Assembly (NCBI RefSeq): GCF_009914755.1
Contig: NC_060925.1
Source: the human T2T-CHM13v2.0 reference genome, Homo sapiens
Reading direction: 5' to 3' (one strand)
Length of the DNA: 64,000 bases
Position numbers and translations under genes: made by a program
In this document: positions 1-17,841 of the stretch, piece by piece
Layout: every line of letters begins with the position of its first letter
Numbering within the stretch: position 1 is the first letter of the stretch
Notes under the pieces: generated by a model
Seen by the model: the letters and a program-made list of their open reading frames with translations, nothing else
The model's database searches: none
Told to the model about the DNA's origin: nothing

Positions 1-389
1 AGAAACAAAAATAACTAAATATGCCTTCTAGAACACTGCATATTGAAGTCTAGAAGGGAAGAGAAGGTAGACAGCCAGAATACAATGTGTTAGATTTTCT
101 GATCAAAATATGTGGAAGTTGTTATGGGGGCACAGAGAAGGAGTATCCAACCCAGACTTGCTGAGAGGGTCAGGTAGAATATTTCTTAAAGAAGATACAT
201 GAGCTAAGACCTAGAGATAAGAGGTTACACAGTATTATTACTGCTGTTGTAACTTTAAAAAGAAAAAATTAAATAGCTAATTTACTAATACATTTTTAAA
301 AGCCCTCTATTCATATCTATGTCTATGGGATATTTCAATAGAAATAACTGAAAAATTACAAATTCCCGAAGCTTATAAGTTTCTTAATT

Positions 390-820
390 GTCTGCACTTC
401 TCCAGCTTCACATCACATCATTTTCCCCCAGCTCTCTTTGTTCCAATCATACTAGACTTAAAGTTACTCATATGCCATGCCTTTTCCTGCCTAAAGACTT
501 TTAATTCATGCTGCTTTTTGTGTAAAATGCTCTCCCACTTACCCTTCTAGGCCACTCACCTTTTTGCCATTTAAACTACTACTTCATTCAAAAGTCACTT
601 TCTCAGAGAAACCTCCCCTGTTCTAGATCAAGTAAAATATCTTCATACACCTCCTTAGCACAATCTTCCCCCCCTAACAAGACTCATTATATTTAAATCT
701 TTATTCAACGCATGCCCTCATCAATTCTTAGAAAATCTGAGGGCAGGAACCACAACTATCTTATTCACCACTGCCTAGAAGTAGCACACAAGAACTCAAT
801 AAACATCAGTTGGATGGACT
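390..820 (+). mobile_element. L2 LINE 3' fragment
   Basis: Degenerate L2 3' end (...gagggcaggaaccac...tcttattcacc...ctcaataaacat...). Confidence 0.55.
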
Positions 821-1062
821 AATTGTACCTAACAGCTCTAAACTTAGGAATCAACATTCTAAAGGATGAGCAAACCGGTCTCAACAAGGTTCCTTCCTGA
901 TTATCTCAGATAAGGAAGGCAACAATTGCTTCCAAAGCTATCACTTCAGTTACCAATATAAGATTGGACAAATATTTCATTTTTAGTTTCACAAATAAAA
1001 AATATTCAATATGGTTTTACAACTTGAAAAATAAATAAAAGTATTTTTTAAAAAGAACTTAC

Positions 1063-1179
1063 CAAAATATTTTTCTTATGTCGTTTCTCCTTTATATGTT
1101 TATGAGCCCCCTGGATATTTTCAATGTGAATTAAGCAAAGTTTGCATAGATACCGACAATTGGTATATTCTGGTGATCG
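1063..1179 (-). CDS. TUT4: TUT4 exon 4 (117 nt): RSPEYTNCRYLCKLCLIHIENIQGAHKHIKEKRHKKNIL, C2H2 (matrin/U1-type) zinc finger of the LIN28-interacting module
   Basis: Read manually because it is too short for the ORF track. Acceptor TGTCTCTTCAG|, donor TTG|GTAAGT. C-x2-C-x12-H-x5-H falls at C306/C309/H322/H328 by cumulative numbering. Confidence 0.96.
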
Positions 1180-1496
1180 CTGAAGAGACAAATTTTAAAA
1201 ATGCACTTTATTCAGAAAACAGAGGAGTAAACTATTGACTATATAAGTGAATAATACAATTATGTAAGTAGACAGAAATAAGCACTGAAGGTTTTTTCTT
1301 TATCCTTTCCTTCTTCTAAAGTAATAGTTTTTAATAAACTTATATACTGAAGAGATAGTAGTCCTTTTTCAAAATAGTTATCATAGGAGATTACATACTA
1401 ACTTTAATACGATATCTAACAATATCATGGTAATGCTAAATTATGTTTAATATTCACCTACTATCATCTTTAGAATCCAATGTAAGAAAAGCAGTC

Positions 1497-1813
1497 GGGC
1501 TGAGTGTGGTGGCTATGCCTGTAATCCCAGCACTTTGGGAGGACGACGCTGGCAGATCACTTGAGCTCAGGAGTTGAAGACAAGACTGGACAACATGGAG
1601 AAACCCATTCTCTACTAAAAATACAAAATTTAGCCGTGCATGGTGGCGCAGGCTTGTAATCCCAGCTACTCTGGTGGCTGAGGTGGAAGAATTGTCTCAG
1701 CCTAGAAGGCAGAGTTTGCAGCAGCGAGCCGAGATCGCATCACTGCACTCAAGCCTGGGCAACAGAGCAAGACTTCGTATTAACAAAAAAAAAAAAAAAA
1801 AAAAAAAAGAAAA
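1497..1813 (+). mobile_element. Alu SINE
   Basis: Dimeric Alu consensus with poly(A) tail. Confidence 0.95.
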
Positions 1814-2129
1814 GTGGTCTTGCTATTTAGTCTTATTCCAATGTTGTCCCCAAAACTGATTTCAAATTTAACTTGCAGCCATTTTGATTACCATAAAAAA
1901 ATAAAATCTGCCCTCGAATTGGGGATTTCAAAAGAATGGGCCACAAACATGTAAGAAATTTCAAAAGTTGAGTTCGAAAAACACTCCAATCACAGTATCA
2001 TGGGGATAAATGAATAACCTCTTGAGGTCACAACTGAAGGGAATAACAATTCTAACACACTAAACTATCAGTCACAGAACGTCACTCATACTTCGTGTAT
2101 GTATTCTCAAAATACTAATAAAACTTAGT

Positions 2130-2350
2130 AATTACTGAATACTTGTTATGTGCCAGGCACTATGCTAGGTGTTTAACATACAATTTGTCATTTTAATTCC
2201 CCTAATCATCTGATTAAATTGACATTATTTTCATCTTATAGATGTGAAAACAAAAGCCCATAGAACCTGCACCTTTTACAAGGATATAGCAAGTATTAAG
2301 TGGAAGACACTGAATTTAAATTCCTGTACACCTGAATCTGAAGTCAACAT
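2130..2350 (-). mobile_element. MIR SINE
   Basis: tgtgccaggcactatgctagg...ttatagatgtgaaaac core. Confidence 0.65.
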
Positions 2351-2829
2351 TCTACGCAGATTACACAATAAAAAATTACAAACACACAATAAATACATGT
2401 GGAATTTTAAAAGTTTCTAATGCCTTACACTGAAACTTTAGCAATGCTTAGTTTTTATTTCAGATTGATTTATGATATTCAACAGGCTTCAGCTTCTGAC
2501 AAAAAGATTCTTTCACCTCAGAAAATTACATAATTTCTTTTAAATGAGAAACTTGCTCCAAATTTAGCAACAATCCTGCTACAGACTAAAAATAAATATA
2601 GCCATCCCTTATAGAGTATTAACCTTTCAACAACCCTATCAGAACTCCCCATTTTATTGGCAAACTAAATCTCAGGGATTAATTTGCCCAAGGCAACAAG
2701 TAAATAAGAAAAGTTGGCTCAATCTAGTTATTTCAATTCTCTAGCATAAAAATTCTGTCAAATCAGTTCCTACTGGAGAATGAATTAAGTCCTCAAAGAA
2801 AACGCTACCTCTTAGTTTCAAAACAACTA

Positions 2830-3470
2830 CTTCTTTACTCATCAAATATATTGAGCTCATATTATACAGCAAACATTTTTCTAGGAGCTGGGGATAAGAG
2901 CAGTAAATAAAATAGAAATCCCTGTCTATATGAATTTACGTTACAGTGTAAGGAGACAGGTAATAAACAAATGCACAAATATGCCTGGGGTCGGGGGAGT
3001 TACTGCTTTTTAAAAGTAGAGACATCACTTAAGACCTTATTGATAAAGTAACTTTAAGGAAGTGAAGGATTAAGCTGTGTGGATATCTGAAAAGACACAT
3101 TTCAAGCAGAGGGAAAAGTGAATGCCAAGGCCCTGAGGCAGGAAGGTACCTAAAATATTTGAGAAACTACAAAAAAGTTAGCATAACTGGGAACAGAGAG
3201 CTAATAGGGGACAGATCACAAAATCCCTTGTGAAGACTCTGGCTTTTATTCTAAGTATGAGGGAAAGCCATTGAAGGTTTATGAGCAGAGAATTACAAGA
3301 TCTAATTTATATTTTAAAAGGATCATTTGCTTTCTATATTGAGAATAGAAGCAGGAAAGGCTATTGCAGTTAACAGCATAATTCAATAATCCAAAAAAGA
3401 GATTATGTTGGCTTAGTTCAAGGTGAGAGTGGTGAAGGTGGTAAAAAGAGTTGCTTTCAGGAGTTGAAAG
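2830..3470 (-). mobile_element. L2 LINE fragment
   Basis: Motifs such as gagggaaaagtgaatgccaaggccctgaggcagg and gggaaagccattgaaggttt. Confidence 0.6.
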
Positions 3471-3744
3471 CATACATACAGAATACCTAAAGCCCTGTGT
3501 ACTGATGAGGTCACTAAGGAAGTCATGAAATCAATCATATAAACTTTTCAATTGTAAAATGTTAGCAGACCAAAGACAAGTCTACCAAGAAAATCTTGGT
3601 ATTACACAGAATGGGGAGTCAGAAGGCATCAGAGGACATCTCAACTGACCTTGGATAAAGCTGTATCACTACAGCCTGATTCTATCTCCTTATTTATAAT
3701 AGAAAACTGCCCCACCTGGTAAAAATAATTCAGTTCTACAAGTA

Positions 3745-3985
3745 GCTCATCTTTATTTCTTACTACATACCAGGACTTGTGCTAAAAACTTTACTTGTAT
3801 TATCTTATTTAATCCTCATAATAGTCCTATGAGCTAGGTGTTATAATTGTTATCAATCCCATTTTACTGATGAGTAAACTGATGTTTAAAGAATTTAAAT
3901 AATTTATCCAAGGTTATCCAACCAATAAGTGGCAGAGCTAGACCCAATGACTCCAAAATCCACGCACTTGACCACTGTGCACAGT
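3745..3985 (-). mobile_element. MIR SINE
   Basis: tttaatcctcataatagtcctatgag...cccattttactgatgag...ccaaggt core. Confidence 0.7.
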
Positions 3986-4408
3986 CTAATTACCAACCAA
4001 CCACTTCGTGCAAGGCACATATTGGGCACAACATCAAATCAGACAAAACTGCTCTCATCATCATAAACTTTCTAGTTTCACAGAAAAAAAATACATAAAA
4101 AAAGTTAAACACTGTTTATTATATTTTATTCTACTGTTAAATAAACCAACTAGTAAATCTTTACCTTTCTGCAAACAAGCTAGAACAAAGATTTCTGGGT
4201 ATTTCCAACTCAATATTTAACATTCAACCATAGGAAAATTTAGCCTTCTGATCTAATGGTTTGGACTTATTTCTTCTTTGGTACAGAGCAAAAGTCTACA
4301 GTCTACATCTTTATTCCTCAATTAGATAATCTATGGAAACACTGAACTAAAGGACCTGAAGAAATAAAAAAAAAACAAAAACCTGGGAATATTCTTAATG
4401 AGTGTCTA

Positions 4409-4880
<472 letters not shown>

Positions 4881-5618
4881 AGTACAATGAATTGTACCAA
4901 GTTCAAGAGGCCAAATAATTTAAAAAAAAAAAAGAGTACAATGAATTGAAAATAAGTTTGGAGGGCATGAGAAATAAAGAGGTAGAAAGAAAAGGGATTA
5001 CAAATATCTACGCTGGTACTGGCACAGTAACTTTACATCATTACTGACTATATAAATTGAACAACAAATAAAATGTTTTCCAATGCTTCCAAGCTTTATT
5101 TTCACCCCAGGCCATTTTTCCTACTACCATCAAATACCTATTGCATCCCAACTTCTTCCTTCTTTCAATAACAACTGACCTTTCCTGCTTCACTCCTATG
5201 TAACTTCCCAACCAGTTCTCTGCTTATTTTCTTATTTGCTTATGTGTCTTTCTCTAGTGAACTCCTAGAAAAGCAATCACGTTTTTTAAAACGTCAGGTA
5301 CTAGATCATGGCACATAAAAGGCACTCAATATTTATTCTGACAATGGACAAAATTATAACACCTAGCGCATAGGGCTGTTATGAGGATTAAATAACACAA
5401 GTAAAGTTTTTGGCACAAAATCTGCTATGTATTAAGTACTAAATAAAGATGAACAGAATTGAATTATTTTACCAGGTAGGTCAATCTTTATTATATTATA
5501 AATAAGGAGATAGAATCAGGTTCCAGTGATAGAGATTTATCCAAGGTCAGTTGAGATGTCATCCAGAAATTTACTAATTCCAGAGGAAAAGTGAAAGAAC
5601 TAAGTAAAGACATAACTA

Positions 5619-5961
<343 letters not shown>

Positions 5962-6244
5962 TTAACTAGGATCTTGTAATACTAACTATACAACCCAAAC
6001 TCTCTCCTGTATTATGGTCCTCTACTTCTTGATATTCCTTTCTCTTTTCATGTGGCGACTACTCTGCTGTAAGTTCTATTAATAACCCAGGATTGTCTTG
6101 TTCAATCTAGATATAATTTCATTTTTCTAAACTATACAAAATCATACCATTTCTTTCCTTATTTATCAAGAATGATGACCTATTTCCTTGTAAGCATATT
6201 TACAAATAACCCAAGTATCTGTTTGTCAATAGTTTTATTTGTGA

Positions 6245-6622
<378 letters not shown>

Positions 6623-6849
6623 TAATACACAGGAATAAGATACCAATGGCTAGGATAGTTCCTATTACGCAGTTAATGTTCAATAAATACAGGTTCAATA
6701 AATAAAATGCTATTTTATTTCCATCAATCTGAATGGACTTTTAACTTCTAATGGGAAGAAACTGCCATTTTCACCAATACATCCCCAGTGCCTATCAGAA
6801 TACCTGGCACAAAACAAGTGCTCAGTGTCTATTTGATGAGTGCCTAAAT

Positions 6850-7138
6850 CAGAGGTCAGCAAGTTTCGTCTATAAAGGGGCGAATAAATATTTTGGTAGA
6901 CATTTTATGCTTTGGCAAAGACTAAATATTTTATGCTTTTCAAGCCATATAAGCTCTGTGACAACTACTCAACTCAAATTTCCCATCGTAGCATGAAAGT
7001 AGCCATAAACGACATGTAAACAAATAGGCATGGCTATATTCCAATAAAATGTTTACCAAAAACGGTGGGGAGACTAGGTGTATTTTAACCCATTCAAAAA
7101 CAAAAGCAAGGGATAGACCATAGTTTGCCAACTCTTGG
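6850..7138 (-). mobile_element. MER58A-like hAT-Charlie DNA transposon (MITE)
   Basis: TIRs cagaggtcagcaa / ttgccaactcttg. Internal acaactactcaactc and ttccaataaaatgttta match the recalled consensus. Confidence 0.75.
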
Positions 7139-7357
7139 GATGAATGAAGTCAGACTCACAGATAATAAGTAACTGCTGAAAAAGAGAGGCAAGGAAGAAA
7201 AGAGGGAAAGAAGAAGAAAGGTAGAGAAGAGGGAAGTAAGGAAAGATGAATGCAACCTCTGTCTTATGAATAAAAGAAAAATAAAAAAAGCTGTACTTGG
7301 GGAAAACAGTTATGAAACACACATTTCCCCCCAAATAACTAAAACAACATAGTATAC

Positions 7358-7521
7358 TTTTTCAAGTCGAAAGATGTGATCTCTTTCTAAGCGTTCTTCT
7401 GCTTGTTTCAACCCCAGCCTCTGCTCAGGTGTCAATGCAGATTCATCTATCACAGTGGCATTTTCTAAGTAGTCCATCTCTGAAGAATTTTCTTTATTAG
7501 ATTCATCATTCTTCATTTTAC
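7358..7521 (-). CDS. TUT4: TUT4 exon 3 (164 nt): (S)KMKNDESNKENSSEMDYLENATVIDESALTPEQRLGLKQAEERLERDHIFRLEK
   Basis: Acceptor CTTTTCTAG| at 7522/7521 and donor AAA|GTATAC at 7358/7357. Frame is continuous with exons 2 and 4. Confidence 0.95.
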
Positions 7522-9559
7522 CTAGAAAAGAAAGCAATCACTCAGTTATCATCAGAACTGGTAAATTTTTAAATTTTTTAATGGAAAACAGACATTAAAT
7601 TTATACACAGAAAAAATATTATTTCCTTATATTTTCCTTAGGAAAGTATACAAGTTGGTATGCATATATAAAATATAGGTAAGAGGTAGACATGGTATCC
7701 AAAGTCACAAAGAAAAACCTTTATGGGTCAAATGACTAGCTTGTTCTTCCAATCTATCCATCAAGAGATACATAACTGAGACTTACATTACACAAAGCTA
7801 ATTACACAAAGCTAATATAACATAATCATCTTGGAGAATCTCTGAAGTCAATCTGATAAAAAAACTGTTTGGAGTCCCACTCAAAGAAGATTAGTCACTG
7901 AACTAAATTCACTAGCAATTAAAACAACATATGTATACTCCAGACCACAAACCCACACAAGGCTCCTTCTTCTTTCCTTCCACAGAACTCCTGGATATCT
8001 CCACTACATTAATGGTTTTCCTTTGCTTCTCTGCCTCCTAACTAGATTGTAATCTCTTTGAGGCACAGACTATGTTTTCACCTTTGCATCTGCAGCATCT
8101 AGCAGTATGTATCTAACCTACAGTAGGTTCTCCCACCAGCGCGATTTTTAAAATATAAACCAAATCACCTTATTCTCTTGCTTAAAACACATAAATGGCT
8201 TTTGAAGAGTTCAGAATAAAGTTTTAACTCCCTAGCATATTACGCACAGTCCCTTGACCTCATGAAGGCAGTAAACAGAATAATTCCAAGTTGTAATAAA
8301 TGTTACAAAGGAAAAAAGCAAGGAACTGAGAGGGAGACCAACTTTAGATATGGGAGCCAGAGAAGGCTTCTCTGAGGAGTTATCATTTAAGCCAAAACCT
8401 AAAGAAAAAAATCTAGCTAACTTACCTGTAACTCCAACCTCAGATCTTGCCACGACACTTTTCACTTCATATTAAATGTGCCAGAATTAATCACCAAAGC
8501 TGCTTCAAGTCTCAATATCTTTACATATGCTACTCCCTTCTCCATTGATGCTCCCCCATTAATATTTACCTGTCCTTCAAAATTCAGCTTAAGCACCACT
8601 TGTTTCCATAAGCCAGTCTGACATTCTCTTGTTCTATTACCCTCTATTATCTCACATTTACAGAGTAATGGAATTTGTATTCATGTATCTGTCCCCTACA
8701 TTAGATGACGGATTTCTTGATGCTAATGACCGGGGTCTTACTTTTACCTTCAGATTTTAATACAATGCCTAGATCTGAGCTAATGCTCTGTGTCATGTTG
8801 AATAAATAAATGAATCTGGATGTATCTACAAGTATTTCAAAAAAGAAATGCTCATAGATCATCAACAAATCTCTCCATTCTGTCCTCAAAAGCCTGTCCT
8901 CAAAATTGCATGGCATTCTGTCCTCAAAATTGCATGGCATCTAGAGGAACCCTGACAGTCAAGCCTACCTTTTGATAGCACTAATTTTCTGAACAAAGAA
9001 ATGGTATGCCTCTGGAGATGGTGCATTTCCTACCACAAGAGCACAGGAGTTTCTAGACTAGGAAGGCAAACTCAGATAAGGATGTTATAAAAAGGACTCA
9101 AACATGAGAAGTATGGCTAGGTTACATAAGTGTTTCTTAAATTACAGTTGGAGGAATATTGATGCACTATAAGCAACTTGCAATTATGTACTAATATTTG
9201 GAAAAATGATTTAGTTTTTTAGTAACCATTTTATTATGGAAATGTAGAAGAAAAGATGAAATCCTAGTATTATTTCTACTTTTCATGAAAAAGGATGGTA
9301 AGAAGACAATCTAATAATGTAACCTTCTTCTCTTTTCCATATTTATAACTGGCCTTGTGTGACAAGGTAACCAACATCAGCAAATCTTGTAAAAGTATCG
9401 TTTCTGCTAACACAAAGAATTAGAGAAAGCTGCCTTTCTTCAAAAGTCAGAAATATATGAAATTATTTAATTTTCTGGAATCAACATATAAAACAAAATA
9501 ATACCAGGCAGAACGTCCTAAATTGTGTTCCAAAAACAATAGTTCATTACATGTTAATA

Positions 9560-10960
9560 CTCTCACAAAACAAGAATTGAAAACCTGTATCCACACAAAT
9601 ACTTGTACATGAATGTTCATAGAATATTCACAATAGCCAAAGATGGAAACAATCCAAAAACCCATTTCTGATGAATGGATAAACAAAATGTGGCATTGGT
9701 ATACAATGGAATATTATTCAGGTGTCATAGTCAGCTCAGGCTGCCACAACAAAATACTACAGACTGGGTGGCTTAAACAACAGAAATTTATTTTCTCATA
9801 GTTCTGGAGACTGGAAAGTCAAAGATCAAGGTGTCAGCAAGGTCACTGTCTGGTGAGGGCTCTCTCCTGGGTTGCAAACAGCCACCTTCTTGCTGTGTGT
9901 TCACATGGCCTTTCCTTATAGGACAGAGGTTCTCTCTTCTCCTTTTTTATAAGGCCAGATTAGGACCTCACCATTATGACCTCATTTAACCTTAATTACC
10001 ACCTCAAAGCCCTGTTTCCAAATACAATTATGTTGGAGGTTAGGGCCTCAACATATGAATTTGGGAGGGGACATAATCCAGTCCATAACAACAGCCTTAA
10101 AAAGGAATGAGGTACTGATACACGTTACAACATGGATAAACCTTAAAAACATGACACTAAATGAAAGCCAGACACAGAAGACCACATATTGTATGATTTC
10201 ATTTCTATGAAATATTTAGAATAGGCAAATACATAGAAACAGAAAGTGTATTAGTAGTTGCCAGAGGCTGGGGAAAGTGGGGAATGGGGAGTAACTCTTA
10301 ATGGGCATGGGGTTTCCTTTTGGGATGATGAAATTAGACACTAGTTATGACTGTGCAACACTGTGAATGTACTTAGTGTCACTGAATTGTATACTTTAAA
10401 ATGGTTAAGATGGTAAAATCTTACATGTATTTATCACCAAAAAACTTAAATATAGAGTTAGCATACAACTAGCAATTCCATTTCTAAATATATATACTGA
10501 AAAAATGAAAACATACATCCACACAAAAACTTTTACACAAATGTTCAGAACAGCATTATTCAGAATAATCAAAAGATGGAAACAATCCAAATATCCATCA
10601 ACTGATGAATAGACAAACAAAATGTAATATATCCATATAATGCAATACTATTCGGCAATAAAAGGGAATGACGTACTAATACATGCCATAACATGAATTA
10701 ACTTTGAAAAAAATATGCTAAGCCAAATAAGGCAGGCACAACAGGCCACATATTGTATTATTTCATTTATATAAAATAGGTACATCTAAAGAGAAAGAAA
10801 GTAGATTCATGGTTGTCAGTGGGGAGGAGGAGCGGGTAATGAATAGTGACTGCTAATGGGTATGGAGTTTCTTTGTAGAGTGATGAAAATGTTCAGAATT
10901 AGATAGTGATGGCAGCGCAATTTTGTGAATATAATAAAAACTACTGAACACTTAATACTT
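9560..10960 (+). mobile_element. Old L1 (L1M) 3' region fragments interrupted by an MLT1 LTR
   Basis: atgaatggataaacaaaatgtgg and atattgtatgatttcattt, typical L1M 3' motifs, each present twice. Confidence 0.8.
9723..10090 (-). mobile_element. MLT1A-type MaLR solo LTR (sense to TUT4)
   Basis: Minus strand reads TGTTATGGACTG...TGACA. TATAAAA at 9951-9945 and AATAAA at 9792-9787. Confidence 0.85.
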
Positions 10961-10979
10961 AGATTTTTAGTAAAATATT

Positions 10980-11614
<635 letters not shown>

Positions 11615-11889
11615 TCAAGAAAACTATGCGGATGGAGCAGAGAGAAAGGGTGAGAAGTAAACAAATGAGGGCAAGGCAGAGAAATAGGGGAGTGTCACAG
11701 ATCGTGTAAGGCTCTACTAGCCACTGTAAGAACACTAGCTTTTACTCTGATGGATGGAAAGCCACTGAAACACTCTAAATACTAGTAATGTGATCTGACT
11801 CATTTTAACAGGATCATTCTGCTTACTATACTGAAAACACAATGAAGGGTGATGTAAGTGAAAGTAAGATGAGTTGGTGCAGGCTGCTT

Positions 11890-12068
11890 GAAAGCATTAT
11901 CTTGACCAGCAGCATCAGCATCACTTGGGAGCTTATTAGAAATCCAATTTATCAGGCCTTATCCTAGGCTTTCTGAATCAAAACACTCTGGAAATGAGAC
12001 CCAAGACTCTGCATTTTAATATGAATCCCAAACAATTCATATACACATTAAAGTTTGAGAAACCCAGA
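11890..12068. mobile_element. MER5A-like hAT DNA transposon
   Basis: cagcagcatcagcatcacttgggagcttattagaaat...aaagtttgagaa. Confidence 0.75.
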
Positions 12069-12264
12069 TCAAGAACACTCTCTCCTCAAATATTCACCTG
12101 GCTGGTTCACCTCTTTCCTTCAAGTATTTGCTCTAATGTCACTTTCTCATTGACACTTTAACTCCACCAATACCAACAGTAGCATCATTCCCTATGTCGT
12201 TCCTATTTCATTTTTCTCAAAGGATTTAAAACCACCTTACTTAACTTACTCTCTATATTTTATT

Positions 12265-16297
<4,033 letters not shown>

Positions 16298-17030
16298 TCA
16301 ATGGCTTCTGAAAATACTCAGGATAAAGTCCAAACTTTCTGGCATGGCTTAGAAGGCCCTGATATTCCTGTGTTCCCTTTCAGCTGCATCTTTTGCCGTT
16401 CTCAACCTCAACTTTCTGCTCCAGCCGTACTAAGTCTCAGTAATACTCAGTCTCACAATTTATATCACCTATTTTGTCTGCCCAAAGTCTAAATCTCACT
16501 ATTTAATCATGTGCTCTCTCAACTTCAATTAAGTTTTTGGCACTGAAAATCATTGTTTATCTGTACCACCCTCCTATCAGACTGGAAGCTTCCTTGAAGT
16601 TTAGGGCTATGGGTTTTTTTGTTTGTTTGTTTTGGTTTTCCATTGTAAACAAATGCTTGATATATATATAAGAAGAACTCAATACATACATATTTGGTGA
16701 ATGAATGAGCAATACCTTATCAAGACCATTTAAACAAGAGTGTGTATGTGTACGAGCATGTGTGTACCAACTAAAGAAGATACTAAATTTTTATTTGCAC
16801 AGTCTTTGTACCTACCATAATAAATGAAAAGGCTTTTTTTTTTTAGCTTCACCAAGGATCAATCTAGTAAGAAACCATTAATGCAAGTATTATTAATGTG
16901 GATGTTTTCATACGGGAACAAAAGTGCTAAACAATTATGTATAAACATGACTTTTTGTAATTAAAATGGTTAAACCGGGGATAATCTAAAGAACATTAAT
17001 ATACAAAAATCCCTCCAAAAAATGACTTAC

Positions 17031-17748
17031 TTAAATCGTCCGATACGTCTTCAATTCCTGAAGCACTATCATCAGAATCACCAGTATTATCTGTACATGT
17101 CTGTTGCTTCTGAGATCGTGGTGAGTTTTGCAGAGCACATTTTTCTCCCCCTACAGCTTCAATATTCACTTTGTCCACAGAAGTAAAGGAGCTTGGAATT
17201 TTTTTTCCAATCTGTTGTAATTCTGTCTTCTGTCTCATGTCTTTCAACAGTAAACTGGGTCCCTTTTCTGCTTCTGCTGGTGAACTTGGTACTTTTTCTG
17301 ACTTCATCTGATAACTGGATGCTTTTTCTGCTTTCACTGAATTAGGTGACTTTGGTGATTTTTCTGCTTTTGCCTGTAAACTGGTTGCCTTTTCTGATTT
17401 TGCCTGTGAAATGGTTGCCTTTTCGGCTTTCACCGGTGAATTAGGAAATTTTTTTGCTTTGCAATGACTTTGATCTCGAAGGACTAACCCCAAATCTTTA
17501 GGACCTGGAAGGTTGGCAGCATTTACTTTACATGATTTAACTTCTGTTTTTTCTATACAAATATCATTTTGCTTATTTTTTTTACTACTATTCCTATTTG
17601 GAGAGCTGTTCTCAATTTCTTTTACGGATTTATCATTTCTAGCTTTCAATGTTTGATTACCTATAACTTGAACTGCTTTGCTTTCTTCACAAATAACATT
17701 CTTCTTTGGTTCATGATTTTCACTTTTTAAGGTTTTAGACTCTTCCAT
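17031..17748 (-). CDS. TUT4: TUT4/ZCCHC11 first coding exon (exon 2), aa 1-239 plus 1 nt; low-complexity Lys/Ser-rich N-terminus
   Basis: ORF MEESKTLKSENHEPKKNVICEES...SGIEDVSDDL matches the human TUT4 N-terminus as I recall it. Strong Kozak context AATAATGG. Donor TTTAA|GTAAGT at 17031/17030. 718 nt gives phase 1, which joins exon 3 as A+GT=Ser. Confidence 0.97.
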
Positions 17749-17841
17749 TATTTGAAAATCTGTTTCTTTCCAATTGTGATATTATAAAATGGCAGATCTC
17801 CAGTAGTTTAAATTGCTTCAAGTCCAGTTTAGGCAAGCAAA
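17749..17841 (-). other. TUT4: 5' UTR portion of TUT4 exon 2 (93 nt)
   Basis: Polypyrimidine tract and acceptor TTTTTCTCTTTTTTTTAACCCAATAG| ending at 17842. Confidence 0.85.

Noticed and set aside
16996-17030. ORF-track tails of exon 2 (SFFGGIFVY) and exon 3 (MLSFLG start, VYYVV end)
   Set aside because: They lie beyond the splice sites and are not part of the canonical CDS.
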